Shown here: positions 51,644 through 64,000 of the stretch, in pieces
Position numbering within the stretch: the first letter of the stretch is position 1
How the letters are laid out: each line of letters opens with the position of its first letter
DNA from: Camelus ferus
Lineage: Eukaryota
Direction of reading: 5' to 3'
Assembly: GCF_009834535.1 (NCBI RefSeq)
Contig: NC_045697.1
Location: 113,896,001-113,960,000, forward strand
DNA: 64,000 nucleotides
The notes under the pieces: model-generated
The model's input: only the letters and a program-made list of their open reading frames with translations
Told to the model about the DNA's origin: nothing
Database searches by the model: none
Position numbers and translations under genes: made by a program

Positions 51644-52939
51644 CAGGAAGACGAAAAATACAGAAAGATGATCTTCAAAGTACTAATATGTGTACATATA
51701 TATTTTATTCATATGAGGTCATTTTTTCCATATTAACTCATTTTTACTTTTACATAGCCATGTAAAATTTCTATTACCAATCATTTTAGATATAAGAAAG
51801 CAAAAACTTGGATCAAAGCTTTCCACCTCTCCAGCCCATGGTCACACAGCTAGGGTTAGGTGGACTAGGCGATGAAGTTGGTTCACTCATCTTGTATCCA
51901 CACTGTGAACTTCTGGTCTCTCTGTTTAGATCAAATATTGAAGTGGATGTGTCTTATTTAAAGTCAAGTCTTTTTCTATGATCCTTTCTTTGCTAAATGT
52001 GAATGCTACTTTTCCCCTCTTGCCCCACGTTTTTTCCCTTAATTATTAAGTTACGTGGAATGATTTCATGTCATTTATTCTTTACTATACACACTTTTGG
52101 ATGTACAATACCAGAGGTCTTAAGGACCATTTCCTCTATATTTAATGTTAAAAAGGTGCTACATTATTCAATTTTATAGACTATGTATAATATTAGCAGC
52201 AGACAGCATTCCCCCTTTCAATCTCAAGTAGAATAAGAAGCAATATGATAAAGTGCTCACCCAAGAGCTCCCTTGTTTTTGTTTTATTCTCCTAAAGTCC
52301 TCCCGGATGCTACATGTGAATACACATACATCTTAAACTGGAGTTCAAGCAATCACCCATTGAAGCAGATCACCACTTGTGTTACCAACTGCAACTCACG
52401 TTGAATCTTCAGACTAGTCAGCTGCTAATAGTTCAGTCTATAAACTGAAGTAAAATCATCAGAATACAATGAGTAGTTCGGAAGGACCACACAGAAAGAG
52501 GTGATGTGAAGTGAGTTCTTGAACACTTAGGAAGCATTGACTACCTTGGTCTATTGTTTCTCTATTTGAGGTACAAATGTTGGCCAGGATTGATGCTCTT
52601 TGCTTTCACGCAGCCTTGAGGCTGGATAGAAGAGGTGAGTGCTGGTATCAGTAACAATAACAGCACTCCTGGAGGAGCCACACGATTGCATCAGATTCCC
52701 TAGCGAATCCTCGTTATCCAAGTTCGGGCTGTCCTTTATTAAATGGATCCCGAAGGAGAGAGAAAAGTTTGATTTGTGGGAAGTTTAACGTAAAAGTGGA
52801 AAGATGTATAGAGCTTTTATTAAACATTTTACGTATTGGTTAGCAATCCCCAGTGTTTGACTTTTGGAATGAAGCCTGATGTAAAAGTTTTTAATCTTGA
52901 AATTTCTCTACCATTTTGTGTACTATGTGTGGTTCCCTA

Positions 52940-53430
52940 TTTTCTCTAACACCCTGCGGGAAGGCCATTCACTCCAACAGCTACAATTATTCTCTCTTCA
53001 CAGATACCTTCCAAACCGAGGGCTCTGGCCCACATTTGAACTCCATTAATGTATTTATACAGGTTTGCTAGACATTTTGACTCTGATTTCATGGTAACAA
53101 GGAAAATTCCATGAACTCCATCTTATCCCTATATGGTCCCCCCGTCCTGATTTTTCTGCCTATCAGTTGATGACACACTTTTTCCCCATTCACCTAGGTC
53201 TGCAAATGCGTACACATTTTCCACTCACATCATTCTTACTCTTCTATATGCAGCGAGTCTCCAAGTTTTGACGTTCCTCCCTTTGTAAGGCGGCTTTATC
53301 TAATTCTCTATTTTCTATTCTTTCTTCTTATCATTTTTACCTTGACCCAGACTGTCCCATCTCACCCAGAATTATTTTGACATCTTCAACATGGATCTTT
53401 CTAATTCTTGTTTCTTCCTGTGGTAATAAT
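52940..53430 (+). mobile_element. LINE-2 fragment
   Basis: Pyrimidine-rich L2-like motifs (CTATCAGTTGATGACAC...CCATTCACCTAGG...CCATCTCACCCAGAATTATT). Confidence 0.5.
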
Positions 53431-54097
53431 AATTAATGATTCTAATGACAAGTCAAAATGTTGATGATTCCTAACACGCCAGGAAAGACGTTAAGTATTT
53501 ATAAACATTATTTCATTTTCTATGCGTAACACCCTTTGGGGTAGATATTGAGGGACCGAAGCTTAAAGAGTTATGTTACCTACAGAGCTGGACTCAGACC
53601 AGGCTCAGTCTGAGGCAGCTGCCTGATCATAACATTCTACTCTGCTGATACAGACCTCTTACCTCTTCTGGATTCCTCTTGATTAAAGGAAGCTTTCAAA
53701 TGTCACTGTGTTCTGAAATCATCAGTGGATATCTAATTTTTCCTGTAATAAGGTGCAATTCTCTGCTTGGTTATAAGATCCTTCTAATTGGTTCTACACC
53801 CTGCAAGTAATCAGTCTGATTTTCAGTTTTCCTCATATGTACAACGCACATTTGCAAAACAGAGATCGGTCAAAACAGAAAGCATGATTCTTTCCCTGTA
53901 TAGAAAAACAAAGTCTTGTCTGAACTGTTGTGTTTTCCAGGATCCCAACCTCCACCCCACTCCTCTTTGCAGCCAAGTTTTCTCACAGGATAAGAGCAAA
54001 TTGTGCTCATGTGTACTTTTTAGAGTCTCTGTAGTTTTTGTTGCAACAAATATCAGGTCACTGTCACCCTAAATACCACCAAAATGCCCATTTTTAC

Positions 54098-54650
54098 ATA
54101 TATTTGTTTTAGGTTGTTGCATAAAAATTACCATGATCTCAGTGGCTTAAATGGTTATGACCTCACAGTTTCCATGGGTTTCAAACCTAGGAAGAGGCTA
54201 GCTGGAACCCCTCCTCAGGATCTCACTTCAAGGTTTCATCCAGGGCTGAGCTCTTATTCGAAGCTCTGTTTCTTCCTCCAGGCTGTCGGTTGGATTTATA
54301 TCTTTGCAGCTCATAACTCATGGAAGATGGTTTCTTCCAGCCTAGGAAGAATCTTGCTGACTTCTTCAGTTTCTGACTTCTAGAACTGCTTTTTAAAGGG
54401 TTCACACCATTAGGTCAGCTCCAGCTAGAATCTCCTTTTTGACATATGTATACAGTCATCTGATTTGAAATCTTAATTGTATCTTAAAGTCTCACCTCTT
54501 CACCATAGAACGTAGTATAATCACAAGAGTGTTATCACAGCACCTTGGCCACATTCCGTCGGTCAAAAGCAAGTTAAAGGTGAAGTGGTTACAAGAATTA
54601 CAAGAATGCAGGCCTTTGGGAGTCATGTTGAATCCCTGTCTACTGTACCT
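54098..54650 (-). mobile_element. MaLR LTR (MLT1E/F/G-like)
   Basis: TTGCATAAAAATTACCATGATCTCAGTGGCTTAAA...CTCACAGTTTCCATGGG...TTTAAAGGGTTCAC...TTAGGTCAG. Confidence 0.7.
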
Positions 54651-55821
54651 GGTTCAACTTCTACTTGAACTTTAGTCTTTCTTCATTGAGGTAGTGCCTC
54701 TGAGCCCTTGTCTCTCCTCCCCAGCATTTCTGACCTGGACTAGAGGCAGTGGACAGTTTGACATTGTTTAGGATTTTTAAATCTCTTTTAGGCTATTCTA
54801 TCCAATTAATCTTAAGCTCTTAAAGGAAGAAGTCTAGGAATTCCTTCTATGTGCACAAGCCTTTGTGGTTTAAAATTACTTCATACACATATTATTATTT
54901 AATCCTCATTGAAATGTATTCTTTTTATGTATGTTTCTATTATGCAATGTTTTATACATGTAAGATTTAATAAATTTGTACAGTGTTTTGCTCATGTAAG
55001 ACTGTATGTAACAGTCTTATTCTTACAGATTAGTTGATATTTTTAGATTTTCGACTTTGGTAATCTCTGTTTTCATGTTTCTTTATCTGATCCCTGACTA
55101 ATTTACAAACCACACAAAGGATTTTTTTTATTATTATCTTACTTCATGTAACATGGAGTCTTTCCATGCAAATTAGGAATTTATGTTCAGCATTATGCTT
55201 TACAGATGAGGCATGATGAATTTACAGAATGATGATTGTTACCTCTGAAGGAATATTGCACAATGATACTAATAATTTTGTTCTTGCTGATTTGGTCTAA
55301 AGATTGGTAAATAATTCCACAATTTCTTTTACTAACATTAATTATGCAGAAAAATTTCATTGGACTCATATCTTTCATAGTTTACATACAAAACTAAGGT
55401 CATTTTATCTTTGACAAAAGCTAAAGAAAATTACCTAGTGTATAAGTTCAAAATGTTAATTTTAATGAACAGTAATTTTCTTAAAATAATAAGGTCTTAA
55501 TTTATTATAAAACAAACGATTAATTCACTAATAGTGATTAAGTTCCTATTATGTTTCAGGTGCCCTTTTGGTTGATGGGGGTTGAGCAGGAGTGAGAGAC
55601 CAAGTTCCCACTCTGCTCTTTCTGTGGAAAGACAGACAATAACAAACCAATAGAGACAAAGGATAATGTCTATCACTGATAAGTTTTATGATAAAAAGTA
55701 GAACAGGGAAAGGACTACCGAGGGATGAGAGTGTACCTGACCTCGGGGTCTTCACAGGTGCCAATTCTTCCATTCTAAGGTACTCATTAATTAGTTTCCA
55801 ATAAGCTACCGTTACTTAGGG

Positions 55822-56190
55822 CAATTGTGAATAATGCTGCAGTGTACACAGGTGTGCAAATATCTCTTTGAGATTCTGCTTCAGTTCTTTCGGCTAAATA
55901 CCCAGAAGTGGGATTGCTGGATCATATGGGAATTCTAGCTTTAATTTTTTAAGGAGCCTCCATACTATTTTCCATATGGCTGCACGAATTTACATTTCCC
56001 TCAACAGTGCACAAGGGTTCTAATTTCTTCAAATCCTTACCAACACATTACCTGACTTTTTTCTTTTTTGTAATAGCCATCCTAACAGGTGGGAGGGGAA
56101 CTCATTGTGGTTTTGATTTGTGTTTCCCTGATGATTAGTGACATTGATCATCTTTTTATGTACCTACTGGTCATTTAGCTGTCTTCTTTG
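55822..56190 (-). mobile_element. LINE-1 ORF2 3' fragment
   Basis: ATACCCAGAAGTGGGATTGCTGGATCATATGG...CTCATTGTGGTTTTGATTTG, antisense L1. Confidence 0.9.
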
Positions 56191-56210
56191 GAATCTCTCT
56201 CTCATTCTTA

Positions 56211-56214
56211 CATA

Positions 56215-56257
<43 letters not shown>

Positions 56258-56368
56258 TTTATTACAGAATTAGATTTTTTTTAATTTAGTGGAGGTACTG
56301 TGGATTGAACCTAGGACCTCGTGTGTGCTAAGCATGCACTCTACCACTGAGCTGTACCCATTCGCCCC
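56211..56368 (-). mobile_element. Vic-1-type SINE with a (TA)n microsatellite in its tail
   Basis: Antisense SINE body at 56,290-56,368 and (TA)n at 56,212-56,257. TCATTCTTA is repeated on both sides (56,202-56,210 / 56,373-56,381). Confidence 0.9.
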
Positions 56369-56663
56369 TTTTTCATTCTTAATGTCAAAGTGTTGACAAA
56401 AACTCAAAAGCTCTCATCATGAAAAAATTACATTTTTATTTGTGGTTTTCTCATTAGTGAAAATTATCTTCCCTCTTTGTGCTACAATGTATTAAATCTA
56501 TGTTATTTAGGTTAACTTTTCTTTCCACTTTTAAACACACTAGACAAAGTGTATTACATCTAAATTCTGGGACTTAAATAAGCTAATCCAAAAATTAATT
56601 TATACTCTTTGTGCATTGTACAGTTTATTTGTTCAGAACTTCATAGTCTTTCATAGAAAACTT

Positions 56664-56818
56664 AAGTGTTTCTCAACTGTGTTCCTTGGAGGCAGTGATC
56701 CAGTGGGCTGGTATTTATATCAGATAAGCCATTATCCCAGACACTTATAGCATTATTAGGGAAAGCGAAATGCTTCAAATGCCTTTTGGGTTTGTGCACA
56801 TGCTTGAGAAACTACAGT
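56664..56818. mobile_element. Possible hAT (MER5/Charlie-like) non-autonomous DNA transposon
   Basis: Inverted termini GTTTCTCAA ... TTGAGAAAC about 140 bp apart. Confidence 0.4.
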
Positions 56819-57808
56819 GTTTAATAGTTATTATGTAATTATGTTCTTTTTACCAAAACGTGTGACATCATGGAACCACACAAGGAAATGGGAAAAGAAA
56901 ATCAAATTAATAAAATTCCATTCACAACTTGACAAAATAAATGCAACAATTAGATGCACGAATCTCTATTATTTGGCAGAGTCTCAAGAAAGAGTGCATT
57001 TACACAAAAGTAAGGCTGGAAATAACTTGCAAACATTGTGCCAGTGCTTGGCCTGACTTACTTCCTTTAGTGAGATGTCCCATGAAGCCATAATTAATTG
57101 AGCTATAAAAAAAAAAAGTGAAGAGAAACATTTCTAGCAAATGTTTTGCATTTGAAGTCTACATATTTACAATTCATGACAACAAAGATTTCGAATAAAT
57201 ACTCTCTACGATTATTTCTTTTCTTTGGGTAAGTGTCCTATTTCCCAAGTTTCCCGAGGCCTGAGGAAGCGGAAAGAGTTTTGGAATTTGTTTCCTGTCT
57301 GTGCACAAATGGGACAACTTAATTGGTCATGTCTAGGATAGAAGTGTGTGCCCAGCTGTGAAAACAGCTCTGGACGCTAGGTCTCGCTCAACTGGACACC
57401 TCGTTAATTACATATGTTTTGTGGAACATTTCAGTTAGGTTGACAACTGTGTGAACACCAGTACAGGAGGCTCAGGAAGGCATTAAGCCTATTTTCATAC
57501 TAGCTTTCTGATGGCACTGTGCATTTCCTGCAGTCTTCTTCCCATCTGGGGAATAAAGACGTCCTTATGCGCAAAGTAACCTCTTGGAGGTTACAAAATT
57601 TACAATCATTTAAATCATTAACGAAGCTGCACTGTTTCTCTTTAAATGTCATTGCCCTAGTTCTTACAGAAGGTAAATGGGTTTGATTTCTAAAATACTG
57701 GAACACACTGAGGACCCCGCTTTGATCCCCAGGTTTTTACTGCCCCAGGTTTCAGACGTTAGTGCAGGGCTCTCAGCCCAGGAGAGAGAACCTGAACACT
57801 TTCAGCTG

Positions 57809-58689
57809 TTTTTTTTTTAATTCTTTTCCATTATGTTGTTTACAGGTTATTGAGAGTAGTTCCCTGTGCTGTACAGTGCGATCTTGTTGTCTAGCTAGTT
57901 TATAAGCAGTAGTTTGTATTCCATAATCCCAAACTCCTAATTTATCCCTCCCCCATCCCCTACTCCCTTTGATAACCATAAGTTTGTTTTCTATGTCCGT
58001 GAGTCTGTTTCTGTTTCGAAAAAAAGTTCGTTTGTGTCATATTTTAGATTCCACATTATAAGTGATATTGCATGGTATTTATCGTTCTCTTTATGACTTA
58101 CTTCACTTAATATGATCATCTCTAGGTCCATCCATGTTGCTGCAAATGGCATTATTTTATTCTTTCTTATGGCTGAGTAATATTCCATTGTATAAATATA
58201 TCACATCTTCTTTATACAATAATCTTTTTTTTTTTAATTTTTTGGTGAGGGGAAGTAATTAGATTTATTTATTTTTATTTATTTATTTTTTTAATGAAGG
58301 TACTGTGGATCAAACCCAGGACCTCATGCATGCTAAGCATACACTCTGTCACTGAGCTATACCATTCCCCCTTATCCAGTTGTCTGTTGATGGACATTTA
58401 GGTTCCTTCTATGTCTTGGCTATTGTAGATCGTGCTGTTATGAGCATTAGGGTGCATGTTTCTTTTAGAATCAGAATTCCCTCCAGATATATGCCCAAGA
58501 GTGGGTTGCATGATCATATGGTAAGTCTATTCCTAGTCTTTTGAGGAATCTCCGTACTGTTTTCCACAGTGGCTGCACCAAACTGCATTCCCACCAGCAG
58601 TGTAGGAGGGTTCCCTTTTCTCCACAGCCTCTCCAGCATTTATCTCTTATGGACTCTTTAGTGATGGCCATTCTGACGGATGTGAGGTG
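57809..58689 (-). mobile_element. 5'-truncated LINE-1 (CCHC region to 3' end), interrupted by a SINE
   Basis: Minus ORFs [19 protein letters not shown]... and [19 protein letters not shown]..., followed by 3' UTR and an A tail. Confidence 0.95.
58226..58371 (-). mobile_element. Vic-1-type SINE nested in LINE-1
   Basis: Minus strand GGGGAATGGTATAGCTCAGTGACAGAG...GGGTTTGATCC with an AAAT tail. Degenerate TSD TTTATACAATAATCT / CTTATCCAGTTGTCT. Confidence 0.9.
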
Positions 58690-59578
58690 TGAGTTTTTAA
58701 GGGACATATAAACACCAGTAGGCTTAAAGTAAATCTGTGATAGTCATGAGAATATGGCAGACCGTATCCCACAACTGCACTCGTTTGCTCAGATACACAG
58801 GACTTCCGTTGCATCCCAGCACCTGGTGTAGGAATGAGCTGTTACATAGCAGCACTCTTGAAAATGAAATAAATATTCTTACTAATAACTTCTTAATATA
58901 GTTTCCATGTGATAGTATCATTAATCTTGATTTAATACTAAATTAATAGATTATTTCTTTGCATAATGTCAGTTTTGGAATTAACTGCCTTTTTCTATAG
59001 GATATTTAAATTGAATAGTAGCATATATGTAAGATCATATTAAATTTGCATTTTTAGTAAGATTTAAATCTACTTACTATTTATTCATTTACTATTTGTT
59101 AATTTGCTATTTACTATTTCTTATTCTTTGTCACTGAGTTTTTATATGAACATTAAGTGATCTACAAACCCTTGAAATGTACATCTGAAATCTATCCAAA
59201 GATTTTATATTGTTATTATAAAATTTCCCCAGAGGTTGAATTACTTAGTAAAATCACTTGATTGTTCTTGAGATTAGAGATACCTATTGTCATATTATTT
59301 TCTTAAATGATTACATCAATAGATTTAGGCTAGTAATGTTTGGGATATTTGGCCATAGTGTTGTGTGTTATGACTTTCTTTTTTTTCAATGTTTTTCTTG
59401 ATTTAATAGTGAAAATTGCACTTTCTAGATTTTTATTTACCATTGCTTACATGATGTTTTAATACGTTTCTTAGAAGAAAGTCTTCTGTTGTAAATCATC
59501 CTGAATATTCTTTGACCATTAATCTAAGGGAAGGGAAGCTTGATTTTAGAGAATCAAAGAAAATTGGAGTCTATGGAT

Positions 59579-59606
59579 TAATAATAATAATAATAATAAT
59601 AATAAT
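59579..59606. repeat. (AAT)n microsatellite
   Basis: About 9 units read directly. Confidence 0.95.
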
Positions 59607-60750
59607 CATAGTTTATTGAGCAATTGTTGGGTTTCAAGCACAATTCTAGACACCATATATTTTACTAAAGTTTTAGAAGAGCTTTTAAGGGCAAACAGAA
59701 CCCAAGACTTCTTGGGAGGCTAGAGGCCCAATATCTATTTGCGAAGAACCCTGTAGTTTTAGTGTCATATTTTGCTGATTTTTTCAGTGTCAAAGTCTTC
59801 AATAAAAATACACCAAGCTCAGCTTGTTTTTCTAGAAAGCACTTGAATTTCTCAAGTACGTAAGTATTTCTTCAGAGCAACTCATCTCTTGAATATCTAA
59901 GATTCTAAACAAAGATGTTTTATCCCAGTGCCATCCTGATCTTCCATTATTTTTTAATTAAGCAATTGTCAATTGTTAGCAAAAAAGCAAAAACACCATG
60001 AAGCAAAATTTTCCCTTATTTACCAGAAAAAAATCAAACATTTTATGAATGCAATTTTATCTCTTTGTTTTTCACTCAAGTCCTCACTAAATAATGGACT
60101 ATTAGATCTAATTCTGGCATACTCCGAATAGCCTATCTTAAAAACAGGTGATAAACTGAACATAATATTGAAACTTACTTACAAATTAAGTAAAATCACT
60201 AGGTGGCATTTTTATCAGAAACAAAAATATTTAAAAAGTCATCTTATGTTTCCAATAAAATTAAATATATGTATACCCATATTAATATAGATACAAATAT
60301 ACAGACAACATGGATCTATGCTGACTTTTCAGTGGTGCAATCTTTATTTTCATTGAATTCAATAATAAGAAAACTAATATTAAGTCATTTTATTTTAATG
60401 GGAATTGAACTCAACCATGTGTGAGTCTCATTTCAATCACTCCCCATTTCCAGATTTTTGTGAACAATCCTGGCATACATTCAGAGACATCCAGCCATTT
60501 AATTTCAAGGTGGTTGTTACTGCAATAACTTTTGAATACTAAAATTCCATTTATGGGCCTCATCGCTATGATTATATGGTGAAGAATATAAACAGAAAGA
60601 GTTGATTTTGATTCTTCAGTATTTTTCTTCACACAAACTTGGATCGAGTGATGTCAAACACTGCTTTGTTGTTTGTTTTCCTTTCTTATGTATATTCTTT
60701 GCAGGCTGAGCACTAAATGTGGCACTTCTCAAGAGTTTACCCTTTTGTAA

Positions 60751-61121
60751 AGACAGATATCATATGATATCACTTATATGTGGAATCTAAAAAAAAAAAA
60801 AGGGATATAAATGAACTTTTTTACAAAACAGAAAGACTCACAGACATAGAAAACAAACTTATGGTTACCAGTGGGGTGTGGAGTGAGAAGAGATAATTTG
60901 AGAGTTTGAGATTTACAGACACACACTACAATATATAAAATAGATAAACAACAAGGACCTACCATACAGCACTGGGAACTATGTTCACTATCTTGTAATA
61001 AGTTATAATGGAAAAGAATCTGAAAAAGAATATATCTATATGTACATATGTGTAACTGAATCACTTTGCTGTACACCTAACTAACACATCACTGCAAATC
61101 TACGATACTTTAGTAAAAAAA
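60751..61121 (+). mobile_element. 5'-truncated LINE-1 3' end (~370 bp) with diverged TSD
   Basis: CACTTATATGTGGAATCTAAAA, then 3' UTR and an A tail. TSD AAGAGTTTACCCTTTTGTAA (60,731-60,750) / AAAAGTATACCCCTTTGCAA (61,122-61,141), 16/20 identical. Confidence 0.9.
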
Positions 61122-62509
61122 AAAAGTATACCCCTTTGCAATCATTATAGCACTTAAAAGTCATTTTAATTTATATAAGCTGTATTCATTTATAAATTGA
61201 TTTGGCAAATCATTCCTTTTGAAATGCAAGTTAATAATGCCTGACTCTGAAAAACAAAGTGTGGTAATAAATCACATGGACTTAAGAAGTTTCATATCAT
61301 TTTTTTGCGCTATACTGTACAATACTTTTACATGTTTAATATGAACACAATTAACTTTTGGGGAGTGAACTACATAAGTGATAATTTATTATTGACAGTG
61401 AAAAGTCTAACTTTAATCCTGTTTAATATGACATAGGTAATATTCTATTTTTATAATATATAATGTATATCTTCTAAAACTCTCATGTCAGTTAGAATTT
61501 CCATACTTACAAATGTATATAACTACATTTTCAATTGAGTATTATGTTGACATATTAAAAGTTGAAGATCCACTAGAATCATGTATATACTCAATAAAAT
61601 GGTTGTAAATGCAATAAAACTCCAAATTCTAGACATAACAGAATTTAAGGTGACACAATAATTTTCACACTAAAAAAAATACCAGCAATGCCTTTGATCT
61701 TACATTAATTTGAATTGTACTCGAGGATTTTTTTAATGATGGACTAGTTGTGGGTATCAGAGGGAAGGACTGATCACCCAGTAGGGAATAATATAATTTT
61801 CTTAGAAACTTATCTAATATGGGAAGGTTCTGATAGCTTAATTGTTTAAATATCTATTTATTACTTTTAGATATCAAACTTCATTGAATATTCACCAATA
61901 AGCTGCCAGATTCCGGGTAACTCAGATTGTGATTTAGGTGATTAAGATGCATGAACCATTCAGGTATAAATACCTGTTATTTACTTAAGCGATCTATATA
62001 GTTAGAACATTAGTTTTGCAGATACAAGTGAATAAGCAAACTAAGGAAATGATACAAACAATAAAAATGCTTCTAGAAAGCGTCATCAGAGAAAGAAAAG
62101 TGAATTGATCCCAAGTAGAATTCCAACTTAAATTGTGTACAAAACTGACTCCAATGTGGACTTATCACTCTATTTTGTATTTTCTCACAATAATAGAGTG
62201 AATGTATGATTCTGTACAAAAAAAGAAATCTTAAAGCTTTTATTATAGGATACACTTGGGGAAACCAAGCATCAAAGAACTGTTGTAGATTGAAAATCCA
62301 ATTTTTGCCTGTTGTGAAAACAGCTTCTCGTGAAATGTTTCTTGACGTTGAACTTGATTGGCATTATTTGAAAAGAAACATTTCTATGGTAGGTTAGAGA
62401 GAGTGACTTAAAAATAAATAGATACATTTAGAAACTAATTCCCGGATAAGAATATTTACAAAATTTTGAAAACATAAAAGTTAGAAAACAAGCAAGAACA
62501 CAGCTAAGA

Positions 62510-62775
62510 AGAGCCTAGAGAAACCTGATGACTAAATATGTGATGTCTTCAATGAGATCTTGGGAAAGAAAGAGGACGTTATGTTAAATCTGAGAACTCA
62601 GAGTAAAGTATGGACTTTAGTTGGTAATAGTGTATTGGTACTGGTTCATTAATTGTGACAAATATATCACACTAATAAGATGTTTCTAGTAAGAGATAAG
62701 AGGAGTTGAGTTATGATCTAGTATGCAAAATATGTACTATCTTTTCTGTAAATCTAAGTCTTGTGAAAACTATAA
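62510..62775 (+). mobile_element. Ancient LINE-1 3' UTR (L1MC-like)
   Basis: TAAAGTATGGACTTTAGTT...TGGTTCATTAATTGTGACAAAT...TTTTCTGTAAATCTAA. Confidence 0.7.
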
Positions 62776-62786
62776 AAATCTTTTAA

Positions 62787-62893
62787 GGGGGAGGGTAGAG
62801 CTCAGTGGTAGAGCACATGCTTAGCAAACACAAGGTCTTGGGTTCAATCCCCAGTACCTCCATTAAAATTAATAAAATTAAAAAAAATTTTTT
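62787..62893 (+). mobile_element. Vic-1-type SINE with perfect TSD
   Basis: GGGGGAGGGTAGAGCTCAGTGGTAGAGC...GGTTCAATCCCCAGTACCTCC (B box at 62,841-62,850). TSD AAATCTTTTAA (62,776-62,786 / 62,894-62,904). Confidence 0.95.
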
Positions 62894-63674
62894 AAATCTT
62901 TTAAAATGAGGTAGACAAAGAAAAACATGACAAGAAGACTAGTTAGACTACAAATATAGTGATTCATTTCTTTGGCTAATCAGTAATTTTATGCTGTACA
63001 GAAAATCATAAAGTTGAATATGTTTTAATACTCCTCTGTGTAAGGAGTGTAGAAATTATGACAGAAGGTCATTATTAAAGATTTGATCCTAGGAAGGGAA
63101 TTCTGTATTTGATCCTGCCATTAGGATAGGTTCATCCCAAAGCTTCACAAGTATTTCAATTAAAGAAGAAGTATTCTTTATCTAGATAATAGACAAATAT
63201 ATAAATGATACTTAGATAATAGAGTTATAGACATTGATGTTATTAGTTATATAGACATGCCCATCCAAGTGTTAGAAAGAAAATAACATTTGAGTGCTTA
63301 ATTGGTGAATGTCTGTGTTCCAGAAATTCATTATTATTTCCTTCCCTATCATTCTATATGAATAAGAAATTATTACAGATATATCTTAGTAAATAAAAAC
63401 ATCAAATTTTTAACTACTAAAACACAACTGTGAAATACTTGTAGTCTATTTATCCGTCCCAGAGTTAAAATATAGCATAAAGTGCTCTTTAAGATATATT
63501 CATAGAAATTTCATGCAAAAATATCCTACTTAAAAAAAAAAATCACTTTTTCAAAAAGTTGAGGATATTCAATACAGCCTTGGAGAATCATAATGCCCAT
63601 TCAGGTATTATCAACTCTACGATATAAAAGGTTCTGAATCGTGGTAGAAATGATGACTTCTCACCAGTTCTTTA

Positions 63675-63870
63675 CTCCTGATCACAAGGCCACGTCCTCT
63701 CACCGTGAGGTGTGGCCACATGACTTGTTTGGCCAATGAAAGCAGAGTAGATACAGCAGGGTCTCTCCCCTCTGGGAACATTGAAGGGCAGGTCCCTACT
63801 TCTCTCTGTTTTCTTTCCCTCTGTGGCATATCCTGATGCCCATGTTGAGATAACAGTGGCATAAGAAGGA
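63675..63870 (+). mobile_element. MaLR LTR fragment (MLT1-like)
   Basis: AGGTGTGGCCACATGACTTGTTTGGCCAATGAAA is a typical MLT1 motif. Confidence 0.6.
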
Positions 63871-64000
63871 GTACTCTTCATTAGTTCTTTTTTTTTTTTT
63901 TTTAATTCTAGGAGAAGACTTTTTTCCTGCCAACTATCAAAGAATATATAGCACAGGCAAAGAATGCAATTTGAAAAATAGAATCCTAGTAACCCATAAT

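Larger units (their letters stand above)
46800..64000 (+). other. FSTL5: Intron 1 (partial) of the gene starting at the CpG island
   Basis: Begins GTAAGA. No coding exon recognised downstream, and I did not see the expected signal-peptide exon (MFKCWS...) in the window. Confidence 0.6.

Noticed and set aside
62787..62862. tRNA gene candidates (also at 4,095, 56,290 and 58,295)
   Set aside because: A-rich tails, flanking direct repeats at three of the four copies and mutual divergence identify them as SINEs.
46800..64000. Antisense orientation bias of intronic L1s
   Set aside because: Two minus and two plus fragments, so no bias and too few to test.

Overview
AT-rich mammalian genomic DNA, most likely from a camelid (alpaca, llama or camel). 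Four tRNA-derived SINEs of the Vic-1 type are present, and I saw no Alu, BovB/Bov-A, PRE-1 or Can-SINE. I can support no host protein-coding exon. Positions 1 to ~45,800 are intergenic DNA made largely of LINE-1, LINE-2, MIR and solo LTR remnants. They include one young, 5'-truncated LINE-1 (28,389-32,224) with a perfect 13-bp target-site duplication (TSD) and a frameshifted ORF2. A single CpG island at ~45,850-46,640 is a + strand promoter. It is followed by an ATG-free first exon ending at a strong donor (AAG|GTAAGA, 46,799/46,800). From memory this matches the non-coding first exon of FSTL5 (not database-verified), so the rest of the window would be intron 1. I found no convincing undescribed biological system. 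The best leads are a REST/NRSF RE1 site with a non-canonical 11-nt spacer inside exon 1, a triplicated retrotransposon target site, a twin-priming L1 inversion lacking its 3' end, and a CpG-enriched patch about 8 kb upstream of the promoter. Repeat family names are recognised from memory and need Dfam/RepeatMasker confirmation.
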